A DNA stretch of 64,000 nucleotides from the NCBI GenBank assembly GCA_036785375.1, contig JAWMAR010000253.1, positions 2,232,001 to 2,296,000 of the forward strand, in the 5' to 3' direction. Made by a program: the position numbers and the translations under genes. A model generated the notes under the pieces. It had not been told where the DNA came from. It saw nothing but the letters and a program-made list of their open reading frames with translations, and did no database searches. Source of the DNA: Leucoraja ocellata. Lineage: Eukaryota. Shown here piece by piece: positions 1 through 10,939 of the stretch (within the stretch, counting starts at the first letter, position 1; each line of letters opens with the position of its first letter).

Positions 1-345
1 TCCTGGGTCTCCTCCATGGCCAGAGCGAGCAACACCGGAAATTGAAGGAACAGCACCTCATATTCCGCTTGGGGAGTCTGCATCCTGGGGGCATGAACCA
101 AAGATCTTTGGCATGAACATTGAATTCTCCCAATTTTGTTCGTCCTTGCTGTCTCCTCCCCTTCCTCCGCCCTCCTGCTGTCTCCTCCCACTCCCCAGCC
201 TTCGGGCTCCTCCTCCTTTTTTCCTTTCTTCTCCCCCCCCATCAGTCTGAAGAAGGGTCTCGACACGAAACGTCGCTTATTTCATTCGCTCCATAGATGC
301 TGCTGCACCCGTTGAGTTTCTCCAGCATTTTTGTGTACCTTAGTG
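1..345 (+). mobile_element. Penelope-like element 3' end (GIY-YIG C-terminus and pseudo-LTR)
   Basis: EQHLIFRLGSLHPGGMN-type sequence, then a pyrimidine tract and a hammerhead motif. Confidence 0.7.
247..274 (+). ncRNA. Minimal hammerhead ribozyme motif
   Basis: CTGAAGAAGGGTCTCGACACGAAACGTC downstream of a Penelope end. Confidence 0.55.
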
Positions 346-2164
346 TTGAGCTGCTGGGCTGTGGGCTGGGCTGGGCGCTGTGCTGCAAGTGCTCGTCTAC
401 AGCAGAGCGGAGGCGAAAAAATAACTGTGTGTCGGGGGATGGCTGGGGGAGGTGGGTGGCGACATGACTCGTGGAAAACTGTGTCACTGCCTGTTGACAG
501 CAGCTGCTATAATCCAGAGCCGGTGGGAGGGGGGGGGGCACGAGCAACGTCATCACCGGCCAGCGGTTAGATTTGGGGGAAAAAAATCAGATTTGTGAAC
601 GATTTTTGTAAAAAACTCAGGGAATTATTTAACCAAATTTACAGATGTGTGGATTTTTGAAATCACGATGCAAATATCAACTGGAATGTGTAAAAATGTG
701 ACTAATTCTGTTATGACAAGTAGAACAGGCAGTGTTATAACCACTGGAGAAAATCCCCTCACCCACCTAGCCTGTAAGCTTGTGACAACCCCACCACACC
801 CATCAAAGTCAGCACCCTGAAAGTGCTACTGAGTTTATCTCTTTGCTGAAACCTTCCTTGTCAATGAGACAAAAATGAAGGGCAGACACTGTCATCTTGA
901 GCAATACACAAAGTGCTGGTGGAACTCAGTGGGTCAGGCAGCGTCCGTGGAGAGATGTTTCGAATTTGGACCCGTCTTCAGTCTGATTGTAGTAGGGAGG
1001 AGGGGAAGTGAAAGGTGTATAAATCAGGTGGGGCCAGGACAAAGCCTGGAAGAATTGACAGGTGGATAAACACAAAATGCTGGAGTAACTGAACGGGACT
1101 GGCAGCATCTCTGAAGAGAAGGAATGTGTCTGAAAAAGGGTCTCGATCCGAAACGTCACCCATTCTTTCTCTCCTGAGATGCTGCGGCTCCACTGAGTTA
1201 CTCCAGCATTTTCTGTCTATCTTCAGTATAAACCAGCATCTGCAGTTTCTTCCTACATGAGTGACAGGTGGATACTGGTAAGGGAGGGGTTTCTGTAGGA
1301 AGGAACTGCAGATGTGTAGGAAAGAACTGCAGATGCTGGTTTAAAACGAAGGTAGACATGAAATGCTGGAGTAACTCAGTGGGTCAGGAAGCATCTCTGG
1401 AGAGAAGGGGTGACGTTTTGGGTCGACATCCTTCTTCAGACTGACACCAGGAGAACATCTAACTTCAAATCACCCTTGCTGTCCCTCTCTCTTCATCCCT
1501 CCCCATCCCAGTTCTCTGACCAGCCTTACTGTCTCTGACTCTATTCCTTCTCTCCAGAGATGCTGCCTGTCCCTCTGAGTTACTCCAGCATTTTGTGTCT
1601 TTCTTTGGTTTACACCAGCATCTGCAGTTCCTTCCTACACTAGTGATAGTGGATACAGGTGAAGGTGGGGGTTGATGGGTAGAGGTTACAAGATTAAAAG
1701 GGGGAAAAGTCTGTCAGTTAAGGAGAGAATTTGGGTGAAATGTAAAGCCAGGGTGAGTGGTGTGGGGATGGGAGATGATTGGGGAAGAGATGTGGGGACA
1801 TCAGCCATTCATTTGTGGGCAGCACGGCAACGCAGCAATAGCGTTGCTACCTCACCGCGCCAGAGACCCGGGTCCGATCCTGACCACGGGTGCTGGCTGT
1901 ATGTACGAGTGTGTACTTTCTCCCTGTGACTTGCATGGGTCACCTCCTCCAGAGGTTAATTAGTTTCTGTTTTAAAAAAAAATGTTAATTGTACCTTTAT
2001 GGTTTTGGACACGCTAGAAGCTGGGGGTTAATTAACAAGGTTAATTCCCGGGATGGCGGGACTGTCATATGCTGAGAGAATGGAGCAGCTGGGCTTGTAC
2101 ACTCTGGAGGCAGGCCCGTACGAAGCTTTTCAAAAAGGGGGGTGGCATGACAGGATTTGCGGAA

Positions 2165-2522
2165 CCGGGGGGGGGGGTGGGGGGGGGGGGTGGCGGGGTG
2201 AGCGGGGGGGGGGATGAGCGGTGGGGGGTTAATCAGAGGGGGGGGTGAGCGAGGTGGTGGTGGCGGGGGTGAGCGGTGGGGTGGTGGCGGTGATGAGCAG
2301 GGGGGGTGGTGGAGGGGATGAGCGGGGGGTGGTGGAGGGGGTGAGCGGCGAAGATGGAGGGGATGAGTGGGCGGGGGGTGGTGGAGGGGATGAGCGGGGG
2401 GGATGAGCGGGGGGGGGGGTGGTGGAGGGGGTGAGCGGGGGGGGGTTGGTGGAGGGGGGTGGTGGAGGGGATGAGCGGCGAGGGTGGAGGGGTGAGTGGG
2501 GCGGGGGGAAGGGGGGGGATGA
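2165..2522. repeat. G-rich minisatellite
   Basis: Repeated ggtggagggg(g)atgagcgggg units. Confidence 0.8.
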
Positions 2523-2794
2523 AGGTTTGGGCCCCGCCGCAGCAGCGTCTGGTGTTGGGTTACAGCCGCTCCCGCCCGGCCACGGGAGGAAGGTCTCCTG
2601 GTCGCCTGTACAATACAATTTATTCATTACCTATACTGCACTGTAACTTCTATTCCTGATTTTATTCAATTTTAAATATTTTATTTGATTGCTTTTAATT
2701 TTGTAATTATTTTATCTGAATAATCTAACAATCATTTTACATGTAAATGTCATTTTATATGTGTTTCTATCCAATGCTTTTAATGTTTTACTTA

Positions 2795-3620
2795 CTAGAC
2801 CAAGTGCAGACCCGTTGGGTCTCTTTCCCCAACGGCGTTTGCAGTGGGGGGGGGGGGGGGCTGCGGCATCACACTCACATTAACCACCCCCCAAACATAC
2901 AGGTGGGGGGAGGGGTGGTGAGAAGAGGGGAGGGAGGGGAGAGGAGGAGGAGGAAACGGGACAGATTTGGGAGGGAAAGGAAAGCGGGGTAGGGGGTGAG
3001 AGAGGGGGATGGGGAGAGAGATGTGGGGGAGGGGGGTGGCGATGGAGGGAGGGGGAGAGAGGTGGGGGAGAGAGCGGAAAGAGTGGGGAGGGAGAGTGGA
3101 GGGGGAAGGGGGAGAGGTGGAAGAGTGGGGAGGGAGGAGGAGAGGGGTAGGGGGAGTGATGGAAGAGGGACAGAGGGGTAGGAGGAAGGGGGCGGGTGGA
3201 GAGAGGGAAGGGGGTGGGGTAGAGATGGAAGGGGGGTGGGGGAGAGAGGGATGGGTGGGAGAGGGAGAGGGGTGAGGAGAGGGAAACATAAAAACATAGA
3301 AATTAAGTGCAGGAGTAGGTCATTCGGCCCTTCGAGCCTGCATCGCCATTCAATATGATCATGGCTGATCATCCAACTCAGTATCCATCCCTGCCTTCTC
3401 TCCATACCCCCTGATCCCTTTAGCCACAAGGGCCACATCTAACTCCTTCTTAAATATAGCCAATGAACTGTGGCCTCAACTACCTTCTGTGGCAGAGAAT
3501 TCCACAGTTCACCACTCTCTGTGTGAAAAATGTTTTCCTCATCTCGGTCCTAAAAGATTTCCCCCTTATCCTTAAACTGTGTGACCCCTTGTTCTGGACT
3601 TCCCCAACATCTGGAACAAG
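2795..3620 (-). mobile_element. Helitron-like 3' end, second copy
   Basis: Same hairpin-CTAG|T terminus, G-rich tract and CR1 junction as 45304-46085, but with a different flank. Confidence 0.6.
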
Positions 3621-5292
3621 GGATGGAAACATTGGATGGGGCGGGCAGACAAAGCAATGTGCACCCTCCCCCCCTCCCCCTTCCACTGGACGCGAGGCAT
3701 CAACATCGCGCTCAATGGGTGAAGCACATATGGCAGGCTGATCCCACCCTGGCCCACTGCGCACGCGGGGAATGACGTGGCATTGTGTGTCGCTTCCCCC
3801 ACTGCGCAGGCGCATTTATTTATCCCCCATCGGCCGAAGCCAGAATTTCGGGTGATTTCCCACAAAGTGGAAACACTAATTGTGCTCCGATTTTTAAAAA
3901 ACTGTTTCTGGGGATTTTTTCTTAGTCTGGGGGAAAAAAGGAGGGGGGGGGGGGGGGTGCGGTCACACCCAGCGCACCCCCCCCCCCGCCCCCTTCGGAC
4001 GGCCATGTGGGAGAATAGAAGGACGAGAGGATATCTCATTGAAACAAGGTGCAAAGCGCTTATGAAAGCATGGAACTACCAGCCAGAAGACACATGTAGC
4101 TGTGGAGCAGTACAGACAATGTCCCACTCACTGGAGTGTGACGACGCCCCCAGTGCAGCCCCCAGAACCGGGCTGAACCGACCCCGACCAGCTGTGACCT
4201 GCGCCAGATACTGGCAGAACGACATCTGAGATTGCAAGGGACTCGAAGAAGAAAGATTGAAACATATGAGATTGTTCAGGGCTTGGACACGCTAGAGGCA
4301 GGTAACATGTTCCTGATGTTGGGGGATCCCAGAACCACGGTCCACACAGTTTAAGAATAAGGGTAAGCCATTTAGAAAGGAGATGAGGAAAAAAACGTTT
4401 TCACACATAGAGTTGTGTCTGTGGAATTCTCTGCCTCGGAGGGCGATGGAGGCCGGTTCTCTGGATATTTTCAAAAGAGAGCTAGATAGGGCTCTTAAAG
4501 ATAGTGGAGTCGTGGGATGTGGGGAGAAGGCAGGAACGGGGTACTGATTGAGGATGATCAGCGATAGACATCGAATGGCGGTGCTGGTTCTGTGCTTTAC
4601 TCCTGCACCTATTGTCTATTGCGTATGGTGTGTGTGTGTGTAGGCTAGCGCTGTATCTCTAAAGTCTAATGTAATATATGCGTTCGCTAATAATACATGT
4701 AACGATAAACAATACACTGGTGCGTAATACGGATTCCAAGGGCGTCTGCGAAGACTCCGATCCCAAAGGTGGTCTATCTAAATCTCCCCCCCCCCCAACA
4801 CGCATCGTCCCCTCCCCACATGTTTCCGCTGAGTTTCTGAAGAAGGGTCCCGAGCCGAAACGTCCATTTTTATACCCAGCTTCCTTTGTCTGAAGATAAG
4901 ACACAAAATGCTGGAGTAACTCAGCGGGTTTCCGAAGAATGTCCTGATCCGAAACGGCACCGATCCGATTTCACCCCCCCCCCCCAAGTTGTCTGACCAG
5001 CCTACTGTCTCTGACTGCATTCCTCGTCTGCCTGTCCCGCTGAGTTCATTTCGTGCCGACCTTCGTATTAAACCAACATCAGCATTCCTTCCTCGGCATC
5101 CTTTGTTTGAAAGAGGGAAAAATTCTCGGCCAGCCAACAACCCAGCGAAAATCAACACGAACTTAAAGCACACGTCCCCAAAGATGCGATCGGCAGCTCA
5201 AAGTAAAATATCTTGAAGCAGTAAAGATCCGCGATATTGCAAGACCGGACAGAATATGGACAGACACCAAACAGTCCAGGGTGTGAACTCAC

Positions 5293-5353
5293 CTCCTGTG
5301 TCGCTCAAGAGCCAAATAAACCCGAAGACTGTTCTCAAATCCGACCCGATCAT
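5293..5353 (-). CDS. Divergent leader exon L1 (opposite strand to copy A)
   Basis: MIGSDLRTVFGFIWLLSDTG+G with GAG|GTGAGT, two codons shorter than L2-L4. No co-oriented V exon lies downstream within the window. Confidence 0.65.
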
Positions 5354-6232
5354 CTCTAAAAAGGTTGAAAAGGCATCGGTGCTTTTGCAACTCATGTTCA
5401 TGCGCATAGGAAGGGGCGGGGTTAACCGATAAAATTACAGAGAAAGGTTGAACAAGTTGGGGCTTTATTCTTTGGAGCGCAGAAGGTTAAGGGGGACTTG
5501 ATAGAGGTTTTTAAAACGATGAGAGGGATAGACAGAGTTGACGTGGACAAGCTTTTCCCCTGAGAGTAGGGAAGATTCAAACAAGGGGACATGACTTGAG
5601 AATTAAGGGACTGAAGTTAGGGGTAACATGAGGGGAAATTCTTTACTCAGAGAGTGGTAGCTGTGTGGAATGAGCTTCCAGTGAAGGTGGTGGAGGCAGG
5701 TTCGTTTTTATCATTTAAAAATAAATTGGATAGTTATATGGATGGGAAGGGAATGGAGGGTTATGGTCTGAGCGCAGGTATATGGGACTAGGGAAGATTA
5801 TGTGTTCGGCACGGACTAGAAGGGTCGAGATGGCCTGTTTCCGTGCTGTAATTGTTATATGGTTATTAAACGGACCCTTCAGCCCAGGGCCGGCCTTAAG
5901 CCGATTTGACCGATTGCTCCCAATTGGGCGCCGCGCCCAATGGGGCCCCGCACTAATGTTCCGTATTTCGTACGGAAATACGAATTCTCTTTGTTAAATA
6001 AAGATTTTTTTTTTAATTCGCCATCCGGATTTNNNNNNNNNNNNNNNNNNNNNNNNNNNNNNNNNNNNNNNNNNNNNNNNNNNNNNNNNNNNNNNNNNNN
6101 NNNNNNNNNNNNNNNNNNNNNNNNNNNNNNNNNNNNNNNNNNNNNNNNNNNNNNNNNNNNNNNNNNNNNNNNNNNNNNNNNNNNNNNNNNNNNNNNNNNN
6201 NNNNNNNNNNNNNNNNNNNNNNNNNNNNNNNN

Positions 6233-7083
6233 GACTTAGATAGGCTGGGTGAGTGGGCAAATGCATGGCAGATGCAGTATAATGTGGATAAATGTGAGGT
6301 TACCCACTTTAGTGGCAAAAACAGGAAAGTAGACTATTATCTGAATGGTGGCCGATTAGGAAAAGGGGAGATGCAATGAGACCTGGGTGTCATGGTACAC
6401 CAGTCATTGAAAGTAGGCACGCAGGTGCAGCACGCCGTGAAGAAAGCATTCCATAGCAAAATAATTTGAGTATAGGAGCAGGGAGGTTCTACTTCAGTTG
6501 TACAGGGTCTTGGTGAGACCACATCTGGAGTATTGCATACAGTTTGGGGCTCCTAATCTGAGAAAGGACATTCTTGCCATAGAGGGAGTACAGAGAAGGT
6601 TCACCAGTCTGATTCCTGGGATGTCAGGACTTTCATATGAAGAAAGACTGGATAGACTCGGCTTGTACTAGCTAAAATTTAGAAGATTGAGGGGGGATCT
6701 TATAGAAACGCACAAAATTCTTAAGGGATCGGACAGGCTAGATGCAGGAAGATTGTTCCCGATGTTGGGGAAGGCCAGAACAAGGGGTCACAGTTTAAGG
6801 ATAAAGGGGAAATCTTTTAGGACTGAGATGAGAAAAAACATTTTTTGCACAGGGAGTGGTGAATCTGTGGAATTCTCTGTCACAGAATGTAGTTGAGGCC
6901 AGTTCATTGGCTATATTTAAGAGGGAGTTAGATGTGGCCCTTGTGGCTAAAGGGATCAGGGGGTATGGAGAGAAGGCAGGTACAGGATACTGATTTGGAT
7001 GATCAGCCATGATCATATTGAATGGTGGTGCAGGCTCAAAGGGCCGAATGGCCTACTCCTGCACCTATTGTCTATGTTTCTAT
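6233..7083 (+). mobile_element. CR1-clade (HER1-like) LINE 3' fragment
   Basis: LVRPHLEYC, IEGVQRRFT, RLRGDLIE and RTRGHSL motifs with the family 3' UTR. Many more fragments: about 4260-4620, 5435-5866, 27120-27480, 31127-31470, 35515-35790, 38855-39175, 45760-47855, 55165-55510, 60888-61300, 62385-62700. Confidence 0.9.
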
Positions 7084-8032
7084 GACTGCGTCCAACTGCT
7101 GTCTGGTTCGTTGATCAGTTTGCTAGATATGAACTGTTTTGGGAGAGAAAAATGCTCACGGTAGACCAAACGTGTTAAACAGAAATTGGTCAGATAGAAA
7201 CATAGAAATTAGGGTGCAGGAGTAGGCCATTCGGCCCTTCGAGCCTGCACCGCCATTCAATATGATCATGGCTGATCATCCAACTCAGTATCCCATACCT
7301 GCCTTCTCTCCATACCCTCTGATCCCCTTAGCCACAGCTTTACACAGTGAGAAATCATGTGAAATTATCACTGAATTTAATTTTAAATGAACGTACCTGC
7401 ATGTTATACTGTTTAGTTTGGAGATACAACCAGATAGTCTATTGAGTTCGCACCGACCAGCGATCTTTGTTTTCCTGTTTGACAATTTTATTTGGCGGCC
7501 AATCAAACGCTGTCTCTAAGGGGGTTGCATCCAATCACCAACCAGCTTGCCTTAAAATTCCCGTCCAATCAACAATTAGGTCTCCTCCCGTCCAATCAGC
7601 CGCTGTCTCCTAGGGCATTGTGTCCAATCACAAATTGCAGTTTAATGGTAATTAGCTGCTACGGTAAAGGTTGGAAGCCACCTACTGACAGTCAAAATGC
7701 TGGAGTAACTCAGCAGGACAGGCAGCATCCCTGGAGGGAAGGAACGAGTGACATTTCATGTCGAGACCAACAGGGGGTACTGATTTTGGATGATCAGCCT
7801 TGATCATATTGAATTGCGATGCTGGTTCAAAGGGCCGAATGGCCTACCCCTGCACCTAATTTCTATGTTTCTAAGATTATTCATTCAGAGCCTCATCTGT
7901 ATGGGTGGTGGAATACTCATGTGCCTGCTGCCCTTGTCCATTAGGGTTGGGACAACTCACTGCTGGGCTGGGAAACTATGGACACCAACAATCCAGAGCT
8001 GATGGCACTAATATCTTGTCCTTGTGTTTCAG

Positions 8033-10939
8033 ACTGCGGGGAAACCAGACACTCGTCGCTTGGTGAATGGGACACTGGGACATTCAGTTACGTTACCAGG
8101 ATGTATCTCAGGAGATAACATTTCAATCCTCACTTGGGATTACCAACGCTCACCAACAACAGGAAAGGTTCAATTATGTACAAAAACTCAAAACAGTCCA
8201 ATACAATATGACAAACAGAGAATCAGGTTAAACCTGAAGGACTGTAGTCTGGAAATACAGAACCTAACAGAACATGATCAAGGTCTCTATGAAATGAACT
8301 TCAGGATGAATCTAGCTGTCGATGAACAAGTGACAGAACTGAAGATTTATGGTAATCTATTTCCATTTTATAAACGGTACATTTTCCAATCTAACAACCT
8401 TTAAGAACATAAAGATGTATGGGGAGATGCTTACGATGTGAGTCCAAGTGTGTGGGCTATACGGGCAGGGTGAATACTGAAACATTACATGGGTTGGAGT
8501 CCTTGCTTATTTAGGAACCCATCCTCAGTATTTGCTGTTTGAATATTAATGGTGGAGCACTAGGATGGGTTCTTGAATGGAGGTCTCTCCAAGCCATCTG
8601 ACTTCCCTGTAAGATGATAGGGGCCACAGGCATTAAACTTTCTCTGCTAATAACGAGTTTACTTGTGATCTAGTTTTGGTGGCAAAGTGTAACCTGGACT
8701 ATCCAAAAATGGAATCAAATCCCTTGCCGATTACCAGAAAGTTAACCCCCCCCCCCCCCCCCCCCCAGACAACGCCTCCCTGACAAGCTAAACCATTTCT
8801 ATGCTCGCTTTGACCAGGACAACAAAACTCCAGCCATCAAAGTTGCTCCACCCCCGAATGAACAACCTCTCAGTCTCTCCACCTCTGCTGTACAAGATGC
8901 ACTGAGCAAGGTGAATGAGCGCAAAGCTGCCGGCCCCAATGGCATCCCCAGGCGGGTGCTCAGGGCATGTGCTGGACAACTATCCCTGGTCTTCACTGAC
9001 ATTTTCAATCTCTCACTGGCCCAGGGCGTTGTCCCCACTTGCCTCAAGACATCAACCATTGTGCCAGTGCCCAAACAATCAGCTACAGGGAGTCTCAATG
9101 ACTTCCGCCCAGTGGCACTCACCCCTGTCATTGCTAAGTGCTTTGAGCGGCTGATCTTGGCTCACCTCAAAGCCAGCTTCCCCCCCACACTGGACCCCCA
9201 TCGGTTTGCCTACCGGACCAACAGGTCTACAGAGAACACCATATCGGCGGCCCAACACTCTGCCCTGACCCACCTGGACAGCAATAACACCTACATCAGG
9301 TTGCTGTTTATTGATTTCAGCTCTGCCTTTAACACTGTCATCCCCGCCAGCTTGATCACCAAACTCAGCGGACTTGGCATCTCCACCTCCCTCTGCAATT
9401 GGACACTGGATTTCCTCACCAACAGACCACTGTCTGTTAGGGTGAACAACCTCACCTCCTCCACTATAACACTGAACACCGGCGTGCCACAGGGCTGTGT
9501 GCTCAGCCCTCTCCTCTACTCCCTCTTCACCCATGGCTGCATCCCTAAGGATGGATCCAACGCCATAATTAAATTTGCCAATCGACACCACGGTGGTAGA
9601 ACTGATCAGCGACAACGACTAGTCAGCCTACAGGGAGGAGGTCCAGCACCTGACAGCCTGGTGTGCCAACAATAACCTTGTCCTCAACTCCAAGAAGACG
9701 AAGGAAATTATTGTCGACTTCAGGAAGATCAGAGAGGGCAGTCATACCCCCATCCATATAAACGGGACTGAGGTGGAGCGCGTCTCCAACTACAAATTCC
9801 TCGGGGTACACATCTCGGAGGATCTGTCCTGGTCCCTCAACACCTCCAAGCTGATCAAAAAGTTTGCCTGTCCCCCCCCAGATCCTGAACAACTTTTACC
9901 ACTGTACCATCGAAAGCATCCTGACCACCTGCTTCACGGTATGGTACAGCAGTTGCACCGTAGCGGACAGGAAGGCACTACAACGGGTGGTGAAAACCGC
10001 TCAGTACATCTTTGGTGCCCCGTTCCCTGCCATGGATGCCCTCCACCGAAAACGGTATATGAGACAGGCCGGGAAGATCATCAAAGACCCCTCACACCCC
10101 AACCATGGACTGTTTGCCCTCCTCTCATCAGTAAGGCGGTACAGGAGCCTCAGGTCTCGTACTAGTAGGATGAGGAACAGCTTCTACAACAACACTATCA
10201 CATTGCTGAACTCGGAGTCCCGCCGATAGATTTCTCCAGTCTCTCCGTCCACATTGTTTGCTTATTCTGTATTTTTATTTCTATATTGCACTATTACTAC
10301 GGACTGCCACTAAACTGCATTTTGTTGTACCCATACTTGTATTTGTGGAATGACATTAAAGTTGAATTGAATTGAATTGAATTGTAAACTCTCAGGAAGG
10401 ATTTTGCACTAAAACTACGGGTGTTTGTACAGAGTTTGTAAATTGTCCGTAGTGTGTAGGATAGTGCTCGTGTGCGGGGATCGCTGGGCGGCGCGGACTC
10501 AGTGGGCCGAAGGGCTTGTTTCCATGCAGTATCTCTAAACTAAACTAAAGAATCTTCTACGCTTAATGTTCTTGTGGGGAAACTCATGGCTAGCAGCTTC
10601 TGGTTGATATTATTCCATGGCTTGTATTTGTGCTTTTCTTTGAAACAGAATGAGTGTCATCACCAGTAATAACTATCAGTGAAGCCTTCACCGAAGGGGT
10701 GTGTAACGTTAGCTTGGTGTGTTCACTGGAGCACGGCACCGAGCCAGTCTACACTTGGTGGTCAGGAGATGGCAAGGTCACGGCAGATGGGTCGCACATA
10801 CTGACTGACGAAGGGAGAAGGCTGGCACTCTCCATACCTCTACCCATCAACAACAGCGTGTACAACTGCACCGTGAGGAACCCTGTTAGTGAGGAGACAC
10901 GGAGCGTGGATCTAACACAGCTCTGTCCTGCCCATGAAG
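8033..10939 (+). pseudogene. CD2/SLAM-family copy A (V exon 8033-8351, C2 exon 10649-10939); probable pseudogene or V-only form
   Basis: 11-nt deletion at the V acceptor relative to B/C, TGA at 10651-10653 where B/C have CGA. Homology to B/C spans only about 7770-11343 and no TM exon was found downstream. Confidence 0.8.
8700..10382 (+). mobile_element. 5'-truncated Rex1/Babar-like LINE in the V-C2 intron of copy A
   Basis: RT motifs [41 protein letters not shown] and IIKFA, with frameshifts and an (ATTGA)n tail. Absent from the B and C introns. Confidence 0.85.

Noticed and set aside
1817-1900. tRNA genes
   Set aside because: The tRNA-like heads run into SINE cores and tails and are degenerate.
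2229-3438. Pro/Gly-rich ORFs (also 11505-12258, 45368-45841)
   Set aside because: Translations of G-rich low-complexity tracts, with no splice or domain support.
5940-6318. ORFs spanning N runs (also 23853, 44278, 48466, 49141, 52935)
   Set aside because: Artefacts of gaps lacking stop codons.
7340-8400. V exons as rearranging Ig/TCR/NAR segments
   Set aside because: No heptamer-spacer-nonamer next to the exons. The CACAGTG near 7343 lacks a nonamer. The exons include the G strand, end in splice donors and lack YxC.
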